Assembly: GCA_965224085.1 (NCBI GenBank)
Contig: CBDCYI010000009.1
Location: forward strand, 192,001-256,000
Length of the DNA stretch: 64,000 nucleotides
DNA from: Candidatus Marinacidobacterales bacterium
GTDB taxonomy: Bacteria; Acidobacteriota; Vicinamibacteria; Marinacidobacterales; SMYC01
Reading direction: 5' to 3'
A program made the translations under genes and the position numbers. The notes under the pieces are model-generated. The model saw only the letters and a list, made by a program, of their open reading frames with translations. It was not told where the DNA came from and made no database searches. This document shows positions 47,086-56,989 of this stretch, piece after piece (the first letter of the stretch is position 1; the number at the start of each line of letters is the position of its first letter).

Positions 47086-49049
47086 CGAGGGAGGCCAGAA
47101 ATATCGGCCTTCTCTTGCTGCTCGCCGCGTGCGCCCTCCTGCTCGCCTATCAAGCACCTGGGGATCTTTTCTTCGACTTCGGACCCAACGACGCGCGCTA
47201 CGTCCAAGGGTTTCGCGACGATTTCGAAGTAGACGAGCCCACCCTCATCCACTGGGCTTCCGAGAGCGCCACCCTGCGGCTCCCGTTTCATGTTCGAGGC
47301 CCCTACGACGTCACACTACGCTACAAACGCCACATTGCGGCGCCGGCTGAGATTCGGGTCTTTTTCGGCGACGCGCTCGCCGAGACCCGCACCGTCCCGC
47401 AGCAAGACTTCACGCTCTGGAATCTTCGCGTCAAAAACACCAGTGGCGGACCGCTCAAAATAAGCATCCTCTCGAGCTCCGATGATCCGCGACCGCTCAG
47501 TCTCGCTCTGGACTGGATGCATATTCGCACCACGCGCCGTTTTGGCGCCATCGTGCCGAGCGCCCTCGCGCTTTCCGCGATGCTCTCATGGGTTATCGCT
47601 TTTTACGCGATTCCCCGGATGCTCGGCTGCGGCGAGCGCGTCTCATGGGGGTGCGGCGCTTTTGCGGCGCTCGCGCTCATGGCGCTTGCGCTCGCTCACA
47701 AGATGTGGCCCGTCCACGCCGCCTGGACTCTCGGCCTACGCACACACGCCATCGCCCTCCTGTTCGTCAGCTTCTATTGGATTCGGCGTGGGAAACAAAA
47801 CTCGGCATTCGCCATACCCGAGGCGCGCTGGGCAGTTCTCATCGTTTATTTCGGATTCGCCGTTCGCCTGTTTGCCCTCTTCCATCCCGACTTCTACTAC
47901 CCTGATGTGCGCACGCATTCGAAGTTCGTCTCTCTCATTTGGACCGAAGGACTCGACGGCTTCTTTCTCGACTTCATTCGCCACCAACACACGCACCTGC
48001 TCGGGCTGCAATATGTCGGGGACCGGTGGCTGGCTTTTCCGTACCCGCCGCTTCTTTACTTGACGATATACCCGCTCAGCGTGTTACAGCTCCCGGTCGA
48101 AGATTGGATGAAGCTCGTTCCGACCGCGCTCGTCGCGGTGGAAGCGCTCATCGTCTTCGCCCTCGCGCGGCGATTGGGCATTTCGGGCCAAGCGGCGACA
48201 CTCGCCGTCGCCTTTCACGCGACCGCGCGCGTTGTCGGATTCCGCCTCGGCGTCGCATCCTATGCCGCGCTCTTCGGCCATTTCTGGGACAGCGTCGCGA
48301 TTTTTTATCTCGCGCTTTTTTTTGATCGCCTCCACCGCCCGCGCTACGCGATCGGATTTTCGGCTCTCATCGCCATCTCGATCTTGTCCTATGCGGGCAG
48401 CGCGCTTGTGCTCGGGATGTTCGTCCCCGCTTTCTGCCTGGCCTTTTCTTTCGTCGCCAGGGACACACGGCCACCCACAGCTCGGCTCGTAGCCATCGCG
48501 GGCTGGGCGCTCGTCGGTGCACTCGTGGCGGTGGGCACTTTCTACCTCCAATACATCCCCGAGCTACTGATGCGTCCGGAGCACTCTGGCGCGTCGAGCG
48601 GTGATTCGTCTCAGCTCGTGTCGCTCAGCTTCACGCCGCTGAGCGCGCTTTCGATGTCGGCCCACCGCATGAACCTCTTTTACGGGCCCGTTTTCACTCT
48701 GGTCACGCTGGGCACGCTCATTTGGCTCCAAGGGCGCAGGGGAGACGTTCTAGCTCGACCGCTCGCTCTCGCCGCGATCGCGACGTTTCTCGGGCTGAAT
48801 TTCCTGAGAGCGGGGCTCGGAGCGACGCATATTTTTCAATTCTCAAAAGACGACCTCGTTGTGCTGCCGCTCGTCGTCCTAGTGCTCGGGATTCTTCTCG
48901 ATCGCGGGTGGCGCACCAGGACGTGCCGAGTCTTGGGCGCGGTCTTCTTGGTCGGATGGATTGGGTGGGGTGTGGTAGCGTTTGCTGGCGATATTCGAAG
49001 TCGGTTCATCCGGCCGGACTACCCGCCTCCGGTCAAAGGCGCTCCGTGA
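47082..49049 (+). CDS. polytopic membrane protein (GT-C glycosyltransferase-like)
   Basis: More than 10 TM segments, an N-terminal periplasmic domain, YPDVRTH and FPYPP loop motifs. Confidence 0.6.
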   Translation: MTREARNIGLLLLLAACALLLAYQAPGDLFFDFGPNDARYVQGFRDDFEVDEPTLIHWASESATLRLPFHVRGPYDVTLRYKRHIAAPAEIRVFFGDALAETRTVPQQDFTLWNLRVKNTSGGPLKISILSSSDDPRPLSLALDWMHIRTTRRFGAIVPSALALSAMLSWVIAFYAIPRMLGCGERVSWGCGAFAALALMALALAHKMWPVHAAWTLGLRTHAIALLFVSFYWIRRGKQNSAFAIPEARWAVLIVYFGFAVRLFALFHPDFYYPDVRTHSKFVSLIWTEGLDGFFLDFIRHQHTHLLGLQYVGDRWLAFPYPPLLYLTIYPLSVLQLPVEDWMKLVPTALVAVEALIVFALARRLGISGQAATLAVAFHATARVVGFRLGVASYAALFGHFWDSVAIFYLALFFDRLHRPRYAIGFSALIAISILSYAGSALVLGMFVPAFCLAFSFVARDTRPPTARLVAIAGWALVGALVAVGTFYLQYIPELLMRPEHSGASSGDSSQLVSLSFTPLSALSMSAHRMNLFYGPVFTLVTLGTLIWLQGRRGDVLARPLALAAIATFLGLNFLRAGLGATHIFQFSKDDLVVLPLVVLVLGILLDRGWRTRTCRVLGAVFLVGWIGWGVVAFAGDIRSRFIRPDYPPPVKGAP

Positions 49050-49065
49050 TCCGCGAGGTGAATGG

Positions 49066-49989
49066 CTACGCGAAGACCACGCGATTGCCGCCCGCGCGCT
49101 TGGCCTGATAGAGCGCTTTGTCGGCGAGCTCGAATAGCTGCACTTCGTCCTCCGCTTGATTCGGAAGCGCGCTCAGGCCGAAGCTCGCCGTAACGGGTCG
49201 CTCGAGCTGAACGAGGCTTCCTTCGCGCAGCTGCTGGTCGATGTTGTCGCACAAACTGTCGGCAACGCGTCGTCCATCCTCGGGGTCGGTGCGATGCAGA
49301 AGAGCCGCGAACTCGTCGCCGCCGAAGCGCGCAATGAGGTCCGACGATCGGAGACGCTTCTGGAGAATGACCCCGACCTCGCGAAGCACGTCGTTCCCGG
49401 CGCGATGGCCGAACGTGTCGTTCACGAGCTTGAAGTCGTCGAGGTCGACCAGAACGAGACAAAGAGAGGTCTGGTAACGCTTCGCCCGCGCGACTTCCGT
49501 CTTGATCTCGCTCTCGAAATACGCGTAGTTGTGAAGGCCCGTAAGATGGTCGAAATAGGCCATGAGCTCGGTTTGGCGCAGCGCTTCCCGTTCCATGACG
49601 AGCGGCTCGACGAGCAAATCCGTCTCGTTCAAGAAGTAGTCGAATGCGGCCGTCCGAAGATCGATCTTGCGCCCTTGCGACGCGGGAAAACGCGCCTGAT
49701 GCAGGAGCAATCGTTGCCAGTGATACTCCACCTCACGAGGTTCGAGGTTCAAGCGAAAGAACCGGAAAATGCGATCGCGTTCGATCTCGTGCCGGGTACT
49801 ATCGTCACGAGGCAAGCTGTCGAGTGGCGTCTCAATAACGTTCTCGAGCTGCTGATCCTTCAACACAGCAACCTCCAATCGTCCAGAGGAATTACGCGCG
49901 CGGGCCATTTGGGGGTCCGGCGCATCAGAAGCTTTGGTTAATCTCGGGAAATTACTTTTTATGTTAGCAAGGAACGGTCGAACCGACAA
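49066..49989 (-). CDS. diguanylate cyclase (start uncertain)
   Basis: DHLTGLHN, DLDDFKLVNDTFGHRAGN, RSSD I-site, RFGGDEF, ADKALYQAK. Confidence 0.93.
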   Translation of the reverse strand: MSVRPFLANIKSNFPRLTKASDAPDPQMARARNSSGRLEVAVLKDQQLENVIETPLDSLPRDDSTRHEIERDRIFRFFRLNLEPREVEYHWQRLLLHQARFPASQGRKIDLRTAAFDYFLNETDLLVEPLVMEREALRQTELMAYFDHLTGLHNYAYFESEIKTEVARAKRYQTSLCLVLVDLDDFKLVNDTFGHRAGNDVLREVGVILQKRLRSSDLIARFGGDEFAALLHRTDPEDGRRVADSLCDNIDQQLREGSLVQLERPVTASFGLSALPNQAEDEVQLFELADKALYQAKRAGGNRVVFA

Positions 49990-50030
49990 GCCCCGATCCC
50001 GCCGACCGCGCTGTGAGATAATGCGTCCTC

Positions 50031-50789
50031 GTGTCGTCGCATCCTATCGAGATTCGTGGTCTCGCTTCCGTGCCCGAGATTCAAGAGGGGGACGATCTCG
50101 CAGCTATCATTCTCGCAGCGTGCCGGGAAGTGAGTTTCGAGCCCAAGCAAGGCGATATCTTCGTCGTTACCCAGAAAATCGTATCGAAAGCCGAAGGTAG
50201 CATCGTCGACTTGCGCGACGTGACGCCGTCTCCTCTCGCTGAAGGTTTCGCAAAGAGCGCTAACAAGGACCCTCGCGTTGTCGAGGTCGCTCTTCGTGAG
50301 GCGAGCCGTATCGTGAAGATGGATGGAGGCGTTCTCATCACCGAGACACGGCATGGATTTGTGTGCGCCAATTCCGGCGTCGACGCCTCGAATGTCGGCT
50401 CTTTCAACACGGTCACGACACTCCCGGTGGACCCGGACGCCTCCGCGCAACGGTTACAAGAGGAGCTCGAAGCCGAAACCGGCCATCGGCTCGCCGTGAT
50501 CCTCTCCGATACCTTCGGCAGACCGTGGCGCGAAGGCGTGACGAATATCGCCATCGGTGTATCGGGAATGCGAGCGCTCGTCGATTATCGCGGACGCGTG
50601 GACCCTCAGGGACGCTCCCTCGCGACAACGGTAGTCGCGGTGGCCGACGAGTTGGCATCGGCGGCGGAGCTCGTCATGGGTAAGCTCGACAACACACCGG
50701 TAGCCGTGATACGCGGCTATCCCTCTCAGCTGGGAGGTGACGGTGCCAAACCGCTTTTGCGCGCGAGAGAACGCGATCTGTTTCGTTGA
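50031..50789 (+). CDS. cofE: coenzyme F420-0:L-glutamate ligase
   Basis: QKIVSKAEG, CANSGVDASN, LPVDPDASA, SDTFGRPWREG, AVADELASAA. Confidence 0.93.
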   Translation: MSSHPIEIRGLASVPEIQEGDDLAAIILAACREVSFEPKQGDIFVVTQKIVSKAEGSIVDLRDVTPSPLAEGFAKSANKDPRVVEVALREASRIVKMDGGVLITETRHGFVCANSGVDASNVGSFNTVTTLPVDPDASAQRLQEELEAETGHRLAVILSDTFGRPWREGVTNIAIGVSGMRALVDYRGRVDPQGRSLATTVVAVADELASAAELVMGKLDNTPVAVIRGYPSQLGGDGAKPLLRARERDLFR

Positions 50790-51448
50790 AAGAGACTCCG
50801 CGCATGTCACTCGCGATTCTGGGAGGCACGGGAAAACAAGGCCAGGGGCTCGCGATCCGATGGGCCAAGGCGGGCAGGAAGATCTTTTTGGGTTCGCGTG
50901 AGCACGAGAAGGCGGAACGGGTGGCGGCCGAGCTCAACAAGAATCTCGGCGAGCTGAGCATTCACGGCGTGAGCAATCGCGACGCAGCGCAAAACGGAGA
51001 GATTCTCGTATCCACGTTGCCGCACGCCGGCCATATCGAGATCCTGTCGGGCCTCACGGCAGAGATCGCCGGGAAGATCCTCATCACGGCCACGATCGCG
51101 TGGCCTCCGGGCAGGCTCGAGATTCCATCGGCCGGCGAAGAAGTGCGCGATGCGCTCCGCACATCGGCTCGTGTCGTGGCAGCGTTCCAGACCGTGTCCG
51201 CCAGCACGCTCCGGACGCTGGGCTCGGACCATGAAGAGGACGTGCTCATCTGCTCCGACGACGAGGAGGCGGCCGAGACCACGCGCGCATTGGTCGACGA
51301 GACCGGGCTCAGGGGGATTCTCGCGGGCCCACTCGAGCGAGCACGGCTGACGGAAGCTATCACCGGACTTCTGCTCACAATCAACCGCCGTTACGGCGTA
51401 AAATCCGCTGGAATTCGTATAACAGGAATAGAGGGCAAGTGGGTGTGA
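50786..51448 (+). CDS. npdG: NADPH-dependent F420 reductase
   Basis: ILGGTGKQGQGLA, GSR, VVAAFQ, DVLICSDD, INRRY..AGIRITG. Confidence 0.88.
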   Translation: MKETPRMSLAILGGTGKQGQGLAIRWAKAGRKIFLGSREHEKAERVAAELNKNLGELSIHGVSNRDAAQNGEILVSTLPHAGHIEILSGLTAEIAGKILITATIAWPPGRLEIPSAGEEVRDALRTSARVVAAFQTVSASTLRTLGSDHEEDVLICSDDEEAAETTRALVDETGLRGILAGPLERARLTEAITGLLLTINRRYGVKSAGIRITGIEGKWV

Positions 51449-52518
51449 GAACAGCGATGGGGACGAAGGGCGCTAAGGCGAAGAGGAGTCTTCTGCGCTC
51501 GGCCCTTCCGCCAATCATCACCGCGGGAATCCTCTTTCTCATTTTCCGGAAAGTTCCGTTTGACGCTTTTCTGCAGGCGCTATCCCATGCGGATTTCGCG
51601 AGCTTTTTCGCCGCGCTTCTACCATTCTCGATCTTGTATTTCGCACTCGATACCGTCGTGCTCTGGTATGTCGTTCGCTGGTTTCACGGAAACCTCTCTT
51701 TGACGGACCTTCTCCCTGTGCGCGCCGTCGACTACTTGCTCTCGATCCTGAATCACCGCGTCTCTCAGGGCGCGATGATCGTCTACCTTGCGCGGAGACT
51801 CTCGACCGGGCTTCTCGAGCTGACGAGCACGATTCTCTACCTCGACTTCCTCCAAAAAACCCACTTGATCCTGTGGGCAAGCGTGGGAACGCTTTTCGTC
51901 GCAGAAGAGCTGCCGCGAGCGCTCCTTTTGGCTCCCGTCGCCGTCCTAGGGCTTTGGTTCTTGTTTCTGGGCTATGTCCATGGGGGCTTTACGGCTCTCG
52001 GACGTGTGATTCAGGCGCCCGATTGGCGTCTGCTGCGGACGTTCCGGCTCTCGGGTCCAGAGCATTACATGGGCGTGCTGCTCCTCAAAGCGCCGCTACT
52101 GCTCATAGCCGTCTTCGCTCACAGCTATGCGACGCGAGCGTTCGGCTTCGAGATTCCCTTCGTCCGGCTTCTCGCGACACTTCCGATTATCTTTCTTGTC
52201 GGAGCACTCCCCATCAACGTGGCTCGCCTCGGCACGACGCCTCTCGCATGGATTTTCTTTCACGGCGACATCGTGCCTGCGCCTCAGCTATTGGCGTATA
52301 GCCTCGCGGCGCACCTAACGTTCATGCTCGCCAACGCCGCGCTCGGCATCGGTTTTCTGCCGCGCGCCTACCGCGAGCTCTTCGGAGAGGAGATTCGGCT
52401 GTCTGGCTGGAAGATGGTTACGAGTGAGCGTTTTCTCCAGCTTCGAGAGTCGTCGCGAGATTCATCCGCGTCCTCTCCAGACTTCCCTTCAGGGCCTCGA
52501 GAACTGCCTTCTGAATGA
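51439..52518 (+). CDS. lysylphosphatidylglycerol-synthase-TM (flippase-like) membrane protein
   Basis: Multiple TM segments and an LPINVARLGT motif similar to the family LPxxxxGLG motif. Confidence 0.65.
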   Translation: MGVRTAMGTKGAKAKRSLLRSALPPIITAGILFLIFRKVPFDAFLQALSHADFASFFAALLPFSILYFALDTVVLWYVVRWFHGNLSLTDLLPVRAVDYLLSILNHRVSQGAMIVYLARRLSTGLLELTSTILYLDFLQKTHLILWASVGTLFVAEELPRALLLAPVAVLGLWFLFLGYVHGGFTALGRVIQAPDWRLLRTFRLSGPEHYMGVLLLKAPLLLIAVFAHSYATRAFGFEIPFVRLLATLPIIFLVGALPINVARLGTTPLAWIFFHGDIVPAPQLLAYSLAAHLTFMLANAALGIGFLPRAYRELFGEEIRLSGWKMVTSERFLQLRESSRDSSASSPDFPSGPRELPSE

Positions 52519-52828
52519 AGGCGCGCTCCATGACATTCTCGGTCATAAAGACGAGGCCTAGTCCGGCAGGAAAATCACGCCTCCGTCCCCGGACGGCCTC
52601 CGTCCGGCGCGCCACGACTGCTTTGAGTGGAAGAGATTTGTCTTCGCCGGGAAAGCGAAGCTCAACGACGAGTGTCGCGTTTTTTTGCAGGACGAGGTCG
52701 GTAGCGACGAAAACTCCAGCGTTATTGAGGTCGACGACTTGACCTTTCGACGTGATGCCGTCGACGAGAAGTCGCGCCTCCATTACCTGCTCGACCGGTA
52801 TCCGGCGACGCATGCGTCGTTCACTCAT
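52418..52828 (-). CDS. PilZ domain protein
   Basis: ERRMRRR (RxxxR), DLNNAGVFV, GLGLVF. Confidence 0.8.
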   Translation of the reverse strand: MSERRMRRRIPVEQVMEARLLVDGITSKGQVVDLNNAGVFVATDLVLQKNATLVVELRFPGEDKSLPLKAVVARRTEAVRGRRRDFPAGLGLVFMTENVMERAFIQKAVLEALKGSLERTRMNLATTLEAGENAHS

Positions 52829-52980
52829 GGATGCTCCTCCGAGCCGATGATGCAATCTTCGTACCGAAAAAGGCGCCCAGTAACCTGTTTAGAATCAAGA
52901 TTTAAATAGCACTGGCGCACGGCAACCGTGGGCGAACAGCTACAATTCCCGAAACGCACCCCAGATCAGGATTCACGATT

Positions 52981-53886
52981 TCAAATCCGTGTGCCGTGGT
53001 CTATACGGACGGCTACTTCACGTGGCGCAGCGCGGCGGAACAGGCTGAGCTGATCGAGGGCACTACGTTTTGCGGTGAGGCCGGTCGCGGCTAGGGACAC
53101 GTCTGTGATGCGACGGTTGCGTCTAGGGGACATTTCTAGAAGCCGGCGTCCTGCGCGGTCCAAGATTTCGAAAGTCGCCGCTGGCTGCGGGAGGAGCGTG
53201 TAGCGTTCGTCGGCGATACCGTGGTCGTAGCCGAGTCGCAGCTCGAGTCCCCTCGCTTCTTCACCGCACTTTGCGAGTCGCCGAGAAAGACGCCGTGCGA
53301 GAATCGAGACGCATTGCAACAACCGACCTCCGTCCCTCGACTCGGGGGCGCCTTCGATTCCACGCACAAGGGTTACGAGCTTGGACGCCTGCGAGCCCAA
53401 GAGCTCTCGTGCTTCAGCGGGGCCGAGGCTGCCGAGCTCACCCATCGTTCGAATTCCTCGGGCGCGAAGCTTTTTGGCTTGTTCAGGTCTGAGCTCATCC
53501 AGCTCTTCGAGCGCCAGTCCTTCGATGAGTCTGTTTTCGTATCCGGACAGCCACAACATGACGCCGCGTGGGCGCGCCATGCGAGAGCAGATGCGCGCGG
53601 CAACGCGCGTCGCGGCTATACCAACGGAGCAGTCGAGACCGAGCTCTTCGTGCACAGCGTCTCTGAGCCTACCGGCCCAATCCAACAGCGCACGCTGCGA
53701 GCCCGACGGAGCACGCTGCGACAGGATTGCTTCATCCGCCGACGGCCTTTGCCATCCCTCCGCGAACCGAGCCAGCGCACTATCGACGCGATCGGTGAGC
53801 GAAACCAGGTCATCGAGCCGCCGCTCAGCAGACGCATCGAAGAAATGCTCGATGGTCACGTGGACCACGCCTTGCTTGCCCGCCAT
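52981..53886 (-). CDS. degenerate Y-family DNA polymerase (DinB/ImuB-like) with beta-clamp motif
   Basis: HVTIEHFF (motif I variant), SADEA, GLDCSVGIA..AARICS..RPRG, little-finger region, C-terminal QLSLF. Confidence 0.8.
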   Translation of the reverse strand: MAGKQGVVHVTIEHFFDASAERRLDDLVSLTDRVDSALARFAEGWQRPSADEAILSQRAPSGSQRALLDWAGRLRDAVHEELGLDCSVGIAATRVAARICSRMARPRGVMLWLSGYENRLIEGLALEELDELRPEQAKKLRARGIRTMGELGSLGPAEARELLGSQASKLVTLVRGIEGAPESRDGGRLLQCVSILARRLSRRLAKCGEEARGLELRLGYDHGIADERYTLLPQPAATFEILDRAGRRLLEMSPRRNRRITDVSLAATGLTAKRSALDQLSLFRRAAPREVAVRIDHGTRI

Positions 53887-53899
53887 CGCCTTTGTGGGC

Positions 53900-54241
53900 T
53901 CAGTGGACTTTGCCGCCGAGCTTGCCCTTCGCCCAACCGACGTTCGAATAGGCGTCTTTATAGATACGAAGGTTCTCGTGAAGAGCAGCGCCAAGCGCGG
54001 GAATGAGACTAGCGGGCACGACGACTTTGACTTTCACTGGCGCTGAAATGGTTTGAGTCGCGCCTTCCGGCGTACCCTCGAAGTCTTTCTCGTTCAAAGG
54101 ACGCATCTGGCAAAACGTGAGTGTAAAGTCGAACGGCGTGTGGCTGACGGCACAGAAATTCGCGTAGACACTCTCGACAAGCTCCTCCTCCTTCTCCTCG
54201 TGCGGCACGACCGTGAAGTTGATTGATTTCTTTTCCGACAT
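53900..54241 (-). CDS. DUF3467 family protein
   Basis: VYANFCAVSHTPFDFTLTF..VKVVVP..ALHENL. Confidence 0.8.
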   Translation of the reverse strand: MSEKKSINFTVVPHEEKEEELVESVYANFCAVSHTPFDFTLTFCQMRPLNEKDFEGTPEGATQTISAPVKVKVVVPASLIPALGAALHENLRIYKDAYSNVGWAKGKLGGKVH

Positions 54242-54277
54242 GCTCCGTTCTCTCCCATCGTTGTCTTGGTTCGAACT

Positions 54278-54880
54278 TTAGTACTTGCGCAGCACGCCCA
54301 CGACGACACCTTGAATCGCAAGCTCGTCCTCATGCACGAGGATGGGCTTCATCGTCGGATGGGCTGGCTGCAACCTGATTTGGTTTTTTTCCCGATAGAA
54401 TTTCTTGAGTGTCGCGTTCTCCCCGTTCAGAAGAGCTACAACCATCTCTCCGTTGCGCGGGTCCGTCCGGTTTTCCACGATGACGAAGTCCCCGTCCCGG
54501 ACTTGCTCGTCGATCATCGACTCGCCACGAACGCGAAGCACGAAGACGTCCCGATGGCCAATTATATCCTCGGGCACCGCGACGAGATCCTGACCTCGTA
54601 TCGCCTCAATTGGCTCGCCCGCCGCGATGACCCCAGCGAGGGGTACATCGCGCGCCTCCGGCTTTTCGTGCCGGGGAACGACTTCAATGGCGCGCGCCCG
54701 ATTCCAGTGCCGCCTGATGAGTCCTTTTTCCTCGAGATTCACGAGGTGTTTATGGATCGTCGAGATCGAGTTGAGGTTGAAATGACGGCTTATCTCTTCG
54801 AGGCTCGGCGCATATCCGTTCTTGCGGATCGCCTCTTCGATGAAGCCAAGTATCTGCTTCTGTCGTTTCGTCAAAATCAT
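54278..54880 (-). CDS. lexA: SOS transcriptional repressor LexA
   Basis: LTKRQ..GYAPS..EI, IAAGEP cleavage site, GESM, ATLKKF. Confidence 0.96.
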   Translation of the reverse strand: MILTKRQKQILGFIEEAIRKNGYAPSLEEISRHFNLNSISTIHKHLVNLEEKGLIRRHWNRARAIEVVPRHEKPEARDVPLAGVIAAGEPIEAIRGQDLVAVPEDIIGHRDVFVLRVRGESMIDEQVRDGDFVIVENRTDPRNGEMVVALLNGENATLKKFYREKNQIRLQPAHPTMKPILVHEDELAIQGVVVGVLRKY

Positions 54881-54888
54881 CCCTAAAG

Positions 54889-54903
54889 CTTCTCCAAATC
54901 TTC
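54889..54903. promoter_or_regulatory. candidate LexA box (direct-repeat type)
   Basis: CTTC-N7-CTTC immediately upstream of lexA, similar to the GTTC-N7-GTTC box known for Acidobacterium and Alphaproteobacteria. Confidence 0.5.
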
Positions 54904-54960
54904 GCCTCCCATTCTGACTCAAATTTAGGTGTATATCAAGTGTATTCATAGAGGGTGCGA

Positions 54961-55365
54961 CTACGCGACGTGGACCAGAACCCGCCGGGAATGAGCGGCA
55001 CGGCGATGCTCCCACAGATAGAGCCCCTGCCAGGTGCCGAGCGCCAGACGGCTCGAGACGACAGGCACGCCGAGGCTCGTGGCCGTGAGGGCGCTCTTGA
55101 TGTGCGATGGCATATCGTCGGGCCCTTCGGCCGTGTGGGTGAACAGCTCATCGTTTTCAGGGACGAGACGGTTCAACCACGATTCGAGGTCCCGGCGCGC
55201 CGATGGGTCCGCGTTCTCCTGAATCAGGAGGCTCGCGGACGTGTGTTGCACGAACACCGTGCATAGCCCGTCATCGATCCCAGACGAGCTCACCACGGAC
55301 TGGACGGGCGCGGTGATGTCGACAAGCCCTTGGCCGGTCGACTCGACTACGAGGGTTTGCAGCAT
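54961..55365 (-). CDS. YjbQ/UPF0047 family protein
   Basis: HTSASLLIQENADP, HTAEGPDDMPSHIK, LGTWQGLYLWEHR. Confidence 0.93.
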   Translation of the reverse strand: MLQTLVVESTGQGLVDITAPVQSVVSSSGIDDGLCTVFVQHTSASLLIQENADPSARRDLESWLNRLVPENDELFTHTAEGPDDMPSHIKSALTATSLGVPVVSSRLALGTWQGLYLWEHRRAAHSRRVLVHVA

Positions 55366-55501
55366 GTCTCGACGCAAGAGATTCTAGAACAGTCCTCCGA
55401 CGAGTTGAAGTCTCGAGCGTGAAAACGCTCCCCACAGGGTAGAATTGCTTCTTTTCTCGAGTTCATGGAGGTTAGAGTTAACTTTTTCGTTTCAACACGC
55501 C

Positions 55502-56107
55502 ATGGCTGAATCCGGCAAGATTCCGAGAGCGCGGCGCATGTGGTTCATTGCCGTTTCGCTTGGAGCAAGCCTGTTCGTGTCGCTCGTCCTGTTCGAGGTT
55601 CTAGCACGGATCATCGAAAGCCAACGCAGGGACAGCCCAGAACTACGGGAGCGGTTGGATCTATTGACGCCCAATCCTAACGGGACCGGCTCCTACAGAC
55701 TCAAACCAGACATCGACTTGGTTACACCCATTGGCCGGCGAGCGGTCCGCATCCAAAGCAACCGTCACGGCATGCATTGGCGCGAAGTGGCCATACGAAA
55801 CAACGATGGGCGGCGTCGCATCGCTTTTCTGGGAGACTCGTTCACGTTCGGTGCCTTCCCGCAGGCGTACCTTCAGGTATTTGCTCGCGACCGGGATATC
55901 CCCTATCTCGATTTGCTCCCGATTCTTCGCCTACATGTTAGCCGCACCAACGAGCGTCTGTTCTTGGCGGGGGATCCGCATCTCAATAATCGGGGGCACG
56001 AGATCGTCGGTCAGCGCATGGCTGACTGGTTTCGATGCTGTGTGAAGAATCGGAAGCGCCTCTCGAAGGAATCGACAACGCGTGTGACGGTTCCCGACGA
56101 GAGCTAG
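55502..56107 (+). pseudogene. SGNH/GDSL hydrolase with large internal deletion
   Basis: FLGDSFTFG is joined almost directly to the C-terminal YLDLLP..DPHLNNRGH; the central blocks are missing. Confidence 0.6.
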
Positions 56108-56129
56108 AAGCTGGTTGCCACATCACAGC

Positions 56130-56955
56130 CTAACCCACCTCTCGCCCTAAAAGAACAAGTAAGGTCCGTAGAATTGGCCGAGCCAAGCGCGGAGCTGCAG
56201 CAGCCACGCCAAGGCGGCGAGGGCGATGGCAGCCGAAACGATGGCGAGGCTCCGCCAAGGGGTGGCGTCCCCTTTCGTGCGTACTCGTTCGGCGAGCATC
56301 GAGCCTCCCGCGACCGCTAGAAGCGCTCCCGCCCAGTAGAGCTCCTTTTGTTTCAGAAAAAGGTCGGGGAAAGAAAAACGGAGCACATACGCGACGGCGG
56401 CCGAGCTTGTCCAACCCCAGAAGAGCAGCCGCAAGCCGGAGGCGTCGAGCTTCGCAGTCCGGTGAAAAGGCCGGCTAGGCCAAGGATGAGCACCGGCGCG
56501 CCGAGAAAGACGAGCAAGCGGGGACCGACCGATCCGAGCACCTCGAGCGGAACGTGCGCCGACCCGGCCGGCGGCGCGCCGGCGCCGTGGGGGAACACCG
56601 TCATGAAGAAGTTACCGAGCGTGTCCGGGTGGTAGAAGAGAAAAGAAAGTGGCAGTGCGGCTAGGCCGGCGGTTACGAGGGCGACCGCTTTGGGGCGTTT
56701 CAGGCCGTCCGTGGTTAGCGACAAAGCAAGTAGACAGACAATGAGTAGACCAATGTGAACGTAGCCCGCCGTGTAAGCCCCGAGGCTCAGGGTCATGCAT
56801 CCCGTCGCGAGGAGCCATCGCGGGATCGTGTCGAGGCGAAGCGTGACATGAGCAAGGTAGGTCAGTACTCCAAGGTCAACCAAGCGACCGAGCGTCGCGG
56901 CGTTTTCCAGCAAGAGAACGCTTCGGGTCAAGCAAGGAATGAATAGGTAAAGCAC
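56130..56955 (-). pseudogene. fragment of a polytopic membrane protein (frameshifted, 5' end lost at the IS junction)
   Basis: Consecutive hydrophobic ORFs 56353..56955 and 56147..56434. Confidence 0.5.
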
Positions 56956-56989
56956 GCAGGCGAAGGTCGGGGCGAGGCGGGCGGAGCTG

